DNA of 64,000 nucleotides from Paraspadella gotoi (GCA_051294375.1 CM119266.1:25064659-25128658); one strand, 5' to 3'. Counted from the first letter of the stretch, positions 27,052 to 40,061 are shown. Numbers and translations: made by a program. The notes: a model not told the origin generated them from the letters alone.

Positions 27052-28420
27052 AAAAAACCCGGTTGTATTTAAAAAAATCTTTTATTTAGAATAAATTTTT
27101 TTTCTCAAATGATTGAGACAGAATTCCGTTCACCTCATTTTTTTTCCCGTGGGCAAACCATTTCCAGTATTTTTCGTGAGAAAAAAAAATCGATTTCACT
27201 AAAAAAAAACTCCATTTCTGTAATCTCCATTCACCGAAGGCCGAACTCTACCCTTGAAGGTTATCACGATCTTGAAAGTGACAAGTGTCGAGTAAACTTC
27301 AAACAGAAAAACTCTATCCTTATGGCAAAAAAAAAAAGATTCTTTTTGTTTCTTGTTCGGCGTTTTTTTTCTTCATTTTTTATCTTTTGTTTCTCGAAAA
27401 AAAAAGATGAATCTCGACTTGAAAGATTCCTTGTTATTTTTTTTTCTCATTATACGNNNNNNNNNNNNNNNNNNNNNNNNNTACGAATTTCTAGTCGTTC
27501 CTCTTTTGTTACTTCGCCCTCTGGCGTCCTCGTCCTTGATCGAACCGTCCACCCTCGACGCACCCACCCACCCTTCGGTTCCTCTCACGGGAAACGCCCA
27601 CTTCTTGAACTCCACCTTTCCTTCCGTTGGAGAAGATTGGAGAGAGAACACCACGCCCCCCCAAAAAAAATATCACACCCGTGAGGCCCTTCACCCCCCC
27701 TTCACCTCCGTTTCTCTCGTTCGACGGAAATTGGGATCATGTTTACTCGACGTGTCCGCCATTGACCTCGTCTCGGTCGCGAGCCTTTCGAAATTCGACC
27801 ACGCCGATTCCAACCGTTTCGTCCACTTTACCACTCCGCCTCCACCCAACCCCCACCGCCACCAAGTCGCCCCCTTTTTCATAGGTTCACCGTCGTCACC
27901 ATCCATTCTCTCGAAACCTGAAAAACCTCGATCCAAACCTCTTTGTTTATAAAAACCCCGCATGACCGAGAAATCTCTGCGCCAAACTCCATTGCCAATC
28001 AACGCCCACATTCGCCGCTCCCACCTTGCCCACATCGCCCACATTCGCCGCCCACACGATTAGATCTTTCTGATAAAGTATAACGCTAGCCAGACTTATT
28101 CCGCCAACTTGAACGTAAACTAAACCTATTTATTATCTTCCTTTTCGATCTTGGTTTGATGGCAGTTGACGATTTGATTTGTTCAAACGAGTCTAGTTGT
28201 AAGCCAATCCATTGGATATTGTAATATTTTGTGACTTCTGAGGTTATTTCTTTGTATTTTGTTTAATTCTTTAATAAAGATTCATATTTTTATCTACGTT
28301 AATGTGACTCAAAATATTCCACCAAAACGAAACCGCGATTCGAAATCAACTCCCACTTTCCGTTTGGCTTTTTTTTTGTCCTCCCCCACTTTTCCGTTTT
28401 CATCGCCATCGCCTTTCTCT

Positions 28421-28500
<80 letters not shown>

Positions 28501-28879
28501 CTNNNNNNNNNNNNNNNNNNNNNNNNNNNNNNNNNNNNNNNNNNNNNNNNNNNNNNNNNNNNNNNNNNNNNNNNNNNNNNNNNNNNNNNNNNNNNNNNNN
28601 NNNNNNNNNNNNNNNNNNNNNNNNNNNNNNNNNNNNNNNNNNNNNNNNNNNNNNNNNNNNNNNNNNNNNNNNNNNNNNNNNNNNNNNNNNNNNNNNNNNN
28701 NNNNNNNNNNNNNNNNNNNNNNNNNNNNNNNNNNNNNNNNNNNNNNNNNNNNNNNNNNNNNNNNNNNNNNNNNNNNNNNNNNNNNNNNNNNNNNGATCAG
28801 TGCGTGGTCATCTCAATTTCATTTTATCCATATCGGGTAATCCATTCTCTTCTCTTTGCTTTGTCGTCGACACTCATTG

Positions 28880-29910
28880 AACATCCTTTTCTTGAATAGG
28901 ACTACTCATCTGTCTCCTCCCCTTCTTCCCGAGTTAGAGTTTTAAAGAGAATTTCCTTGAAATCTTAATCTTTTTACCGAAAGAAAAAAAAGAATTCAAA
29001 AACCAAAAACATCTCGAATGAGAGATGAAAGTGAATATTAATGAGGAAGACTCTTCGGTCGTTTTCTCTCTCTCTCTCCTCTCTCCTTCTCTCTCTCCTC
29101 TTCTCTCTCTCCTCTCATCTCTCTCTCTCTCTCTCTGCTCTCTCTCTCTCTCTCTCTCAAAAGAATTCCAAGTGAAATTGAAGACCAGATTGCATTTTTT
29201 TCCCTTTTTTTCAATTCTCGGTTCTTTTTATGAATATTTCGGTCATTTTTCCCCCGAAGATTCAAAGAGCGGAATTTAAAGGACTAAACTGTCGTGTTTT
29301 CTATAAAGTTGTATCAATTGCGTCTTATATTTGACTTAGTTTGTTTTCTTTGTCTTGATTATTTTTTTTTAATTTAATTTATTGTGGTTGCCTTTGTTCA
29401 CTTTCTCCAGTTTTTTTAAGGTTTTAAATCTAATATCCAATTATATGTTTACTCATTCCAAACAAATCTAATAAGGGTTTCATTTTATCGTTTTTTTAGT
29501 CTGTAATCAGTGGCCGGTTTTAATTTGTTTATTTCCTAACTAAAAAGTCCCTTCTTTTAAATGAAGGGAAATTAAAAGATAAATATTAAATAAAACCTGA
29601 GAAGGAAGGGAATTAAAAAATCCCTCATGCAAGGAAAGAGTAGTAAAATACATAGACAATGGGAAAAGAGGAATAAATCCTGTGAACTTTTAAGAAAAGA
29701 CGATTGTGATACTGTTGTGATGAGTGAATAGATGATGGAACGTGATTGGGGCGATAGAGAACGAGTGACAGAGAGAGAGAAAGAGAGAGAGAGATAGAGT
29801 CGGTAATGAAAAAAAGGGTTTCGAAGGGGACGCGATTTCTTGATTAACGAGAAAGGAAAAGAAGGTGAATAAAAGAAAAAGAAAAATCTGGGGAAATGGA
29901 ATGATTAAAG

Positions 29911-29946
<36 letters not shown>

Positions 29947-32561
29947 NNNNNNNNNNNNNNNNNNNNNNNNNAGCGGCGGACAACGAAGAGGATCGTTTTA
30001 TTCTCCAGATGATTGATTGATTTGGCGTCGCGAGAGAGAATAGCATCCAGTATGAAAACCACGACGGACAACGACGAGAACGATGATGATAACAACGAGA
30101 CAACGATTTGGGAATTCGTGCGGAATCGCGGATTCGTGGTTAGAAAGTTATTCAAAGTAGAAAAAAAAAAACACTAAAACAATAAAACTGTGATACAACA
30201 ATGACGACGATTTCCAAATTATTCGTTTTTTGGCTTTCTCATGCTGGAGTAAGAATAAAACAGAATGTGATGAGTATTTTCATAAAAAGTGACGGGATTT
30301 TTCCGGGAAGATAGCATTTCAGTCTTTCGGATAAAAACTTTTTATCTAACGTTTTTTTATTATAGAAATTCACTATTTAGTGACGGAAATGACGTCTCTC
30401 TCTCTCTTCTCTCTCTCCTCTCTGTCCTCTCTCTCTCTCTCTTCTCTCGGGAGTTGACATATTCGATCTTCTGCTTTCCCTTTATCCCGCGTATAGCCTT
30501 AATTACAATTTCCCCCCTCAGCTTGCTTGTTTTTCTTTTTCCGACAGGGATCTTACGGAGAGAGAGACAGAGAGAGAGAGAGAAAGAGAGAGAGAGACTT
30601 TCTATTTTCCGTCACTAAAATAGTGAATTTCTCTAAAAAAAACGTTAGATAAAAAGTTTTATCCGAAGACTGAATGCTATCTTCCCGAAAAATCCGTCAC
30701 TTTTTATGAATACTAATCACATTCTGTTTATTTATTCTTACTCAGCATGAGAAAGCCAAAAAAACGATAATTTGGAAATCGTCGTCATTGTTGTATTCAC
30801 AGTTGTTATTGTTTAGTGTTTTTTTCTACTTTGAAATAAACTTCTAACCACGAATCCGCGATTCCGCCAACGATTCCAATCGTTGTCGTCGTTGTTATCA
30901 TCATCGTTCTCGTCGTTGTCGTCGTGGTTTTCATACTGGATGCTATTCTCTCTCGCGACGCCAAATCATCAATCATCTGAGAGAATAAAAATCATCCTCT
31001 TCCGCCGCTTCTCTCGCTCCANNNNNNNNNNNNNNNNNNNNNNNNNNNNNNNNNNNNNNNNNNNNNNNNNNNNNNNNNNNNNNNNNNNNNNNNNNNNNNN
31101 NNNNNNNNNNNNNNNNNNNNNNNNNNNNNNNNNNNNGAGAGAGAGAGAGAGAGTGAAAACATAGAAAGAGAAGTAGAAAAAGAGAGGAAAAACGAGGTTA
31201 GGAAGTCAATTCGCGTCACTGAACGGGAAATTGGTTCCAGGGTCACGGGAATTCGAAGTGGAGAGGGGATGGAGGAAGATAGAAAAAAGAAAAGAGGAGA
31301 TTGGGGAGGAAAAAAGGAAAGAAAGAAGGAGGAAAGAAAACCTTAAGAATTAAATATAGGACGAAAGAAATAATGAAAAGACAAAAGAAATAAAANNNNN
31401 NNNNNNNNNNNNNNNNNNNNNNNNNNNNNNNNNNNNNNNNNNNNNNNNNNNNNNNNNNNNNNNNNNNNNNNNNNNNNNNNNNNNNNNNNNNNNNNNNNNN
31501 NNNNNNNNNNNNNNNNNNNNNNNNNNNNNNNNNNNNNNNNNNNNNNNNNNNNNNNNNNNNNNNNNNNNNNNNNNNNNNNNNNNNNNNNNNNNNNNNNNNN
31601 NNNNNNNNNNNNNNNNNNNNNNNNNNNNNNNNNNNNNNNNNNNNNNNNNNNNNNNNNNNNNNNNNNNNNNNNNNNNNNNNNNNNNNNNNNNNNNNNNNNN
31701 NNNNNNNNNNNNNNNNNNNNNNNNNNNNNNNNNNNNNNNNNNNNNNNNNNNNNNNNNNNNNNNNNNNNNNNNNNNNNNNNNNNNNNNNNNNNNNNNNNNN
31801 NNNNNNNNNNNNNNNNNNNNNNNNNNNNNNNNNNNNNNNNNNNNNNNNNNNNNNNNNNNNNNNNNNNNNNNNNNNNNNNNNNNNNNNNNNNNNNNNNNNN
31901 NNNNNNNNNNNNNNNNNNNNNNNNNNNNNNNNNNNNNNTGTAAGCAGTCGTCGTCGACGGTCGTCGACGTCGTCTTTACGTGAATGAATATTTTTTCATG
32001 AGAGTCACACATAAAGTCTTTGTCGCCTTCGTGTTGATCATCAATCGTCGTCGTCGTCGTCGTCGCGGCGTGCATATTTCCCGATTGCGACAGGAGGACG
32101 GAAATGATTTTAGCTAAATGAACTTTAAATATTCATAAGTAGGAAGAATTCCTACTTGATGCAAATGGGAAGAGGCGACTCGTGAGATGGACGACCATAT
32201 TTAATGAGAGGAGAGAGAGAGAGAGAGAGAGAGAGAAGAGAGAAGAGAGAGGAGAGAGGAGTTGAAGGATTTTTCCGGGGAAAAACAAACGAGTCCACGC
32301 CAACCGGACGACGACGACAGTGAACGACCGGAACGACACGGCCGGCCAAGGTCTCTCAGGTGAATCCTTCACTGACCTCGTCAAATGAAAACGATTTACT
32401 GTCACCCAGTTTCTGTTATCACATTCCGGGGATCCGCGATAATCAGATCTCTTTTCGTTTTAGACTTCCGTATTATTATTTATTTATTTATTTATTTATT
32501 TAAATTTATTTATTTATTTATAATTTATTATTTATTTATTTAATTATTTATTTTATTTAAT

Positions 32562-32601
<40 letters not shown>

Positions 32602-32651
32602 TTTAATTTTTTATTATTTATTTTTTATTTATTTTTATTTATTTATTTAAT

Positions 32652-32694
<43 letters not shown>

Positions 32695-34796
32695 TTTTCT
32701 TTACTTTTTTCTTTCTTTACTTTCTTTCTTTTCTTTCTTTTTCCTTTCCTTTCTTTCTTTTTTTTTTTTTTTTCTTCTTTCTTTCTTTTCTTTTCATCTT
32801 TTCTCCCTACCATCCCACTAATTAAAAGTCTTTATTTACATTTTGGTTCGCCTGCTCGGCCGTTTGTTCGTTCGGACCGGTCGTCGGAGTCGTCGTCGTC
32901 GAGTCGTTCTTTCTCTTCTCCCCTTTTCTTCAACACGAAGACACTTTCTCCCAAACAAAACCTCACAGCGTCTCTGCCTATCGTCATTATGTTACAAACG
33001 TCGACTATTTGTCTCACCATCTTGACTAAGCAAGAACCCCCAATGGTCACATCAACAACGACGACGACGACGACCACGATTACCCTGGTTGACGCCTCGA
33101 ACGCCATCGGCCTCCGACTTCCGGTTTCTCGCTTCTCCGCCCCCGAGGTTTCGCGAGGTTAAGGCGGGGATTTTTCTAATGAGGCAATTTGTATGGGAAT
33201 TCGTCCATCGCGGTGCCAACCGACGATGGAGGATTGCAGGTGGCGGCGGATGGCGTCAGATGGTTGCGAAAGACGGGTGACAGATAGTGACAAACGGGGG
33301 ACGAACTATATTGGGTTGATTGACAGGGACGGTAGAAACTGTTAATTCTTCATGGAGTTTGTTTGGCTGAGAGCCACTCATGCCAGAAGCAAAGAACCAG
33401 GCATAATACGAATGGCAACGAAAGTCATTCTTCCCAGTCGACAACATAGACGAATGAGTTTCCGTGGCTCCAAATGCTAGTACAAGATGTTGGTTGCTAA
33501 CGATAATTGCCAAGTCGCTAGAACTCAAAGCCTGCCATTCGCCGTGGATATAATTGGAGGGGGGGGGCGACCGGGCGTTGATGAGGGAGTCGAGATGGCG
33601 TGGATAAACCGGCGCCAATCGTGGGGAATGAGGGGGAAAATAAGGAAGCGGAGGTGGGAAGTGGGGGGGGGAGGGAAAAAGGTGAAAAGAGGGAGAGGAG
33701 TGAGGAGAGGAGGAGGAGGAGGAGGAGGAGGAGGGGAAGATCGCGACCTTTGACTCCATCAACTTACGATGAATTTGTTGTCGTTAACGAGTGACGATGT
33801 TTTTGGTTGTTGTTGTTGTTGTTATGGCGTTGTGATTGTTGGACCGTTGATCGAGATTGCGGATTCTAAAGATGCAGGTCGCTTTATTTGTTGACGATGA
33901 CATCTGGGGCAGTTGTCGCCTGACATGGGGAAAAATCCTTGCCTCTTCTTGGCCTCACCTCACAGTTTGACCCCGCCATGTCCCAGGGTCTCAATCGGAT
34001 CACTACCTTCCAACCTAACCAAGTCGATAGAAAAAAGAAAAGATCCCGGGTAGTTTCCACAAAAAAATCGATTCGATTCTTACAAGACATAGTACTTGAT
34101 TCTGTTCTTGACCTTTACCCTTTACGAGGCCTTTTGACCTCTCCTCTTTTTGACTCTTACGACCCTAATGGAAATCTTTTTAACGACGAAGACGACGACG
34201 ACGACGACGACGACGACCCCGATGACGAGTAAGACAGCATCAGTGGATTTTTCTTTTTTATCTTTTGGTCTTAGTTTCTAATTTCCCAGTTTTCCTTTTG
34301 TTTTGTTGTTGTTTTGGTTGGTTTTCTCATGTTTTTTTTCCTTTTTTGTCGTCGTTGTTGTAATCGTCGTAAAATATCCTTTCCTCGGTCGATAAACGCC
34401 GAATGGAACGATTCCAAGACACAAGAAAAAGACCATCTTTTTGAACGACGACGACGACAACAACAAAGACGACGACGGCAAAGATAAGAAAACGAATAAC
34501 CGAGAAAGAGACGGAAGGGAGAGAAAACTGAGACGAAAATGAAAACCGATTCCGACTCACGTGAATTCACGTGAACGAGACATTTTGTGAGATATCGAGG
34601 ACCGCGTGAGTGAAACGAAATCGACTTGAATTGAATTGAATCGTAAAATCGGGAAACGAATGAAATTGAAATCCAGTGAGTTTAATCTCGTTTAGTTGAA
34701 ATATTTATTTTTTGTTCGTTATAAAACGAGAAGCAGAAATATTTGAACGGATAAAATGAATATTTTTACGAGCGGAGGAAACTTAAAATAAAAAAG

Positions 34797-34838
<42 letters not shown>

Positions 34839-35702
34839 GAGGAGAGAGAGAGAGAGAGAGAGGAGAGAGATGAGAGAGAGAGAGAGAGAGAGAAAAAAAA
34901 AAAAACCATGGAAACGGTAAACAAAACGATTTTCACGTCGTTTTTCTTGATATTCGGCTTTCTTGGGCCGACGGGCGGGACTTCTCTTTCTCTCGTAACT
35001 CGTAAGTCTTTCTCCTTTTCTCTCCTTTTCCATTCACTCTGAGCCTGAGCCCCTCTTTCTCTCCAACTCTTTCGTCTTCCCTTTCCCTCTCTTCCTGTTT
35101 CCCCTCCTCTTTCTCGTCTTCCCTTCCTCTCCCACTTCCTCCCCTTCTCCCCCCCAGGGTCCCGGTTGTTTTTCTCAAAGTTGTCACGACGCGGCGGAGA
35201 ATTGCAAATGGTGAGGAACCCCGCGGCGCCGCGTATTCTTCGCGCGCGCCACGAGTTTCGAGTTTTCGCCGCGGGAGGGAGGCGCGCGGGGGGGTGAGGT
35301 AGAAAGGGGGGGCGTGAGGTGAGGAAAGGTAAAGGAGACAGGGTGAGATTTTTAGATGAAGGTAAAAGTCAGCGTTGGAATAAGGTGAGGTATGAGTTAA
35401 AAAGGGTAAGTTACTGCGACGGGAAAGTCTCTTCCTCACAGTTATCACTCATTCCCCCCACCCCTCGACGGCGTCCTCATCCCACCCCAGGTTCCGCCCT
35501 CACCTTTCCCTCTCTCGGATTTCTATAAGATCAGGTTTTTTTACAACCTGAGGAGGAGGAGGAGGAGGAGGAGGAGGAGTTCGACGACCGCAACGGGAAC
35601 GTTAACGACGATGATGATGACGAAGTTGACGACGAAGACGAAGATGACGAATATACGGATGATGACAGAGAAGTTAGTGAAACGAAGAGATATTTGTCAA
35701 AA
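28880..35702 (-). repeat. Mostly inverted, indel-divergent third copy of the duplicated unit (about 11632-18625)
   Basis: The reverse complement of 35300-35702 matches 11632-12050, and that of 28920-29040 matches 18480-18595. Internal blocks 29972-30560 and 31939-32980 are in direct orientation. Confidence 0.85.
29972..31015. repeat. Local ~430-bp inverted duplication (29972-30400 vs 30590-31015)
   Basis: The arms are reverse complements with scattered indels, and N gaps flank the block. Confidence 0.85.
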
Positions 35703-36352
35703 CAAAAGGGCGTTGATGACGACCATGATAACGATGGAATTACGATGAAGATGAAAATGAAAGTTGATGATGACAAAGACGACGACGATGACAACGACGA
35801 CGACAAAAACGATCGTCATCCGCGAATTTGTTTCAAAAAAAAATATTCAAAAGTCGAGTAGAAAATCGGTGATTCGTGAAAAAAAAAAAGTTTAGAGTTT
35901 CAGGTGCGACCGTAAAAGGGAGGGGGCGCTTGGGGTGGGGCGGAAAGGGGCGGCGGTGGCGGGGGTTAGGAGGGGTTGTGAAGGTTGCGGCGGTGATGAT
36001 GAGAAGTGACAGAAGGGGGAAGGTAGCTTTTTGGGTAAGAATTGATCGGGTTAGTCGATCAATGACCATTAACCAGCGTGAGTCTAACCGCACGGCTGGC
36101 GTCGGACTAAAATCGTGTGAGCGGGTGAGGTTCGCTTTATTCGGTTGAGGGAGTTTTGGGTGAAAGGGGGGGCGCGTCTCGGAGGAAAGGGGGCCTATCG
36201 TCGACGACAGGTGGCGCGATTCGTAAAGAATGAAAAAAAAATGGCGGACGAATAAAGAGACGATAAAGAAAAAGCGATTTCTCGGAAATGGAGAATAAAG
36301 AGAAATAAAGGAAAAGGAAAGGAGAGAGAAAAAATGAAGAAAAGGGAGGAAA

Positions 36353-36412
<60 letters not shown>

Positions 36413-36534
36413 AGAACAGACTTCTTCTTCATGTTACGTTTGCTTCCTTCACCATTACTAGTGACTTCAAGTAGTGATATATCAGTTAGTTAATTGAAAT
36501 TAAAGACAAAGTCTTGATACAGCAACGATTTGAT

Positions 36535-36584
36535 TTTATTGTACAGACAAGTTTCGGCATTCATTCAAGCCTTCATCAGTGCTT
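36535..36584 (-). ncRNA. Minimal type-I hammerhead ribozyme motif (Penelope-like element type), probably degenerate, followed by AATAAA
   Basis: Minus strand reads gca-CTGATGA-a-GGC-ttgaatgaat-GCC-GAAAC-tt-GTC^tgtac-AATAAA. Both core boxes, stem II, a minimal stem III and a GUC site are present. Stem I is only 3 bp. Confidence 0.6.
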
Positions 36585-37942
36585 TTGCCAATTCACATTC
36601 TTCATGTTTTCCAAATGGACTTTGGAAGAGAGAGAAAGAGAAGATAGAGAGAGAAGAAATGGCCAACAAAGATATGAGACAGGACAGTGGCTGAAATGTG
36701 AGGACAGGTTTAAGTTAGTAGAGAGAGAGAGAGAATGTGAGGGAAAGAAATTAATTTGTGAGTGAGGGAGAGAGAGACAGAGAAGCAGAGGTTAACATTT
36801 GGTAAGAAAAGCTTACATTAGAAAATGTACAACAATGGTAAATTTAATAATAAGTTAGTTAATATACATTAAATAATACAATTATCTTGGTCATCATAAG
36901 TTGTGCTAGCTATTCTGCCGTCATCTAGCTAGTGTGTATGCAGACTGACATATGCATATAGCATTATCCAGTTTTATATCGGTTTAAATTAATCATTAGC
37001 TAGGATTATTTAATGTTTATCTCATTACTAATTATTAATCGAATAACTGAACTGACGAGCTTGACGACAGTTTGAGTTAATTCGACCAATAGGAATGTTC
37101 TTTCAAAGAAAACGCCCATTCAGCGACGAGCATAAAAACTGGAGATTGACACGTGATCCTCAACTTCTTTTTATCAGACGAAAAAAAAAAGTGTGTCTCT
37201 CTTATCGTGAGACGAAGAAAGAGAATATCTTTCCGTTGAAGAAATAATCTCCGACTGTCGGCGGGAAAGTTCGGGAGAGACCATTAACGGTGACTTGAAT
37301 GGTGGCACCGATGATGCCACTGGCACCGTGGCCAATGGAATCCAAGTTAAGGCTGTGTGGCGGTCGAGAACTGGAGACGACGGAAAACGCAGATGCTTTG
37401 CCAGTTTTTTCGAGCGATATCTGGCCATTGGGACAGAGTGAAAATTCGTGAATATGGCGATAATTGTGGTTGAACGCGCGCTTAAAAATCGCTGGTAGAA
37501 TTCGTGTAACAAATTTTTTACTCAAAATAAAGTGTTTGGTGAAAAGTTAGAAGATTTGCTTGAGTCGGCGCTGTTGTAGACGCTGGTGTCTATATTGTTA
37601 CGGCTGTGGTTAAAAACTTCGCACTTGACGATCATTCTAATGATTTGATTGGAGCTTATAATCTCCAAGGCGCCGGAAGTTTGGATGGAATAAGTGTAAG
37701 TGGTGATTCTTGCAGTTGGTAGTCATGGTGGTTTTAAAAGGGTTTCGTTTGGGGGGAGAGGGAGGGGGGGATTGGGAGGTAGGTATTTTGGAAGGGAGGA
37801 CTTCGCCGGTCGGGGCCTTTGATGGTCGGCGAGGGATTTTGCTTTCGAGACGCGATAACATTCGCTCGAGTCTTTCCTGTTTGTGAAATGTGAATTGTGA
37901 TGAAATCGTGAAAGTCCCGCGAAAGTCGCCAAGGGGGACAAA

Positions 37943-37975
<33 letters not shown>

Positions 37976-39881
37976 TAAACGAGGAATATCTAAGCGGATC
38001 TCGCACATAATATTCCGTCTCTCTTTCTCGATACGATTCTAAAAATAGGACTTCATATTTCTCTGACGCCTCCTTCGTCTGATTCGGCCAGAATGTTGAC
38101 TCCGCGGGATTTCCATAAATATTCCCCGGTCAAGGTGACGCGACGCGGTCTGTGCGCTGCGCGGACCCTGGGTATTTGTGCTGCGCGTCTCTCGAGTCAC
38201 TGCGCTGCGTGGACCTCTCGTCTCCAGGGGACGGAGCGAGTTTCGGACGACAGCGAATCGAATGGAAATTCATCGGAGTTGACCGCTTTTATCATGAACA
38301 AATATAATCAGATATCGATGAGAATTTATAAATATTTTTTTTTATTTTTACTTTGATACAGAACACAGAACACAGAACACAGACAACCGGATCACTTGAA
38401 TATCTAAATAAATAATCAAATATAGATAGATTCCAAAAGTCGTTTTGCTCAAACCAAAAAAAAATCATGGGGCTCCTTGACCCCGCCGTAAAAAAAAACA
38501 CACACAAAAAAAAAGAAGACCTAGATTCAAGAACAAGAACAACAACAACAACGACGACGACAACCAGGGTGATTTGGATTATCGACCAGAGATGCTTTTT
38601 AGGGTCAACAGGAAATTCGACCTTTTTCAATAGCGGTCGGCGGCGGCGGCGGCGGCGGTGGTATGAGTGAATGGGGTGGGAGGGGTGGAAGAATCGTGGT
38701 GAAAGGGACGGCGGGAGTCCTTGGGGTAAAAATGGTGGTTGGAGGGAAGTGGGCGTAGGGCGAGGGATCGGGCGTGTGGGTCTGTGGGTCTATGGGTCTG
38801 TGGGTGGGTTGGATTTGATTTCGGGCGAAATGAAAGAGAAACTTTTATGGATTTACCCTTGAAGAGTCGTAGCAGAGGAAAGAAGAGAGAATTGGGGTTG
38901 GGAGGGGATGGGGCAGCAGAATGCAGACTGCGGAAGGAGAGAAAAAGCAGACAGAAGTAGAAAAAGAAGGTTAGGAGAGCAGAAAAATATAAATAAATAA
39001 AGAGAGAGCAGAGAGAAGTAAAAAGGAGAAAGAGAAGAGAAGGGGAATAATATGAGAGGAAAAAGAAATCCAGTCGAGTTCCGAGATTTTCTGAGAAATG
39101 GGCGAAAAGAAAGACCGAGCGGTCTCCCGGCGTGGGCGAAGAAAAAAATAAGCTCTGGTTTGAATTTGAAAAGTCGGGTGAGGACCGGAGTGATTAGGGT
39201 AAGGAAGACCGCCGCCTCGTGGGCGGCAAAGGTGGAACTCGGGGTCAAAGGGTGAGAGAGCGAAAGCAGAAGGAAAGGCGGGGTCATAGTTGAGAGTTCG
39301 TCGGAGGCGGGAGGCGGGAAAGAAAAGATCGACGAGTGGGCGTGGTGAAGAATTAAAAGCCGGCAGAGGGCGTCGTTGTTGTTATTGTTCTGAGGGAGTA
39401 ATTGTTGTTGTTGTCGTCGTCGAAAGAGTTGGATTCACGACAAATGTTTGTTTTGTTTTTTTACTTTCGCGACGAAGATTTTTTTTTTTTTAAACGGACA
39501 AACGGGGGCCTCGAGGTCACCTCGGTTTTCCTCCCGTGACGCGAATACGCGACGCGCCAACAGTCTCCCTAGAAAGTCATAAATTTCCGTCTTTACGTCG
39601 TTGGCGTCGTAGACGTTGTCGTCTTCGTCATCGTCGTCGACGTCGTCGCCACCGGCTTCATTTCCATATATTTCTTTAGTTTTTCACCCCAAGATTATTT
39701 TTCTATTTTCGAACGGCGCCTTGAATACATTTTTTTGAAATTCGGTTCTAATCTTTTTCTTTTAAATTTAGATTTAAAAAAATATACTTTCGAGTCCGGA
39801 AATCAGTAACATATTCTTCAGTGTCGCTAGCAATCGTAATTTTATCAGTTCCGGTAAATTTTGGCACTACCTTTCAATGGG

Positions 39882-39934
39882 CGCCAACCAATCGCCAACC
39901 AGTCGCCAACCAATCGCCAACCAATCGCCCGCCC
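39882..39934 (+). repeat. 4 x 11-bp tandem repeat CGCCAACCA(A/G)T followed by CGCCCGCCC
   Basis: Units start at 39882, 39893, 39904 and 39915. Confidence 0.85.
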
Positions 39935-40061
39935 AAAGAATATTTCGTTTCTTCCACAGGAAAAGGATTTCCCCTTTTAACTTGGGAGGAATTCTTTGGA
40001 GCGAACAGCTCAGGGTCACGACCCAAGGGGAGCTATCGATGAAAACCTTTCTTCCATATAG

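Noticed and set aside
29972-31015. Foldback element or long hairpin-RNA locus
   Set aside because: The independent copy at 16930-17560 contains the segment only once. The arms differ by read-type indels and both abut N gaps.
33256-33762. 168-aa minus-strand ORF with protein-like composition
   Set aside because: No recognisable domain or clear splice sites, and the other copies of this segment (about 13800-14350) do not keep the frame.
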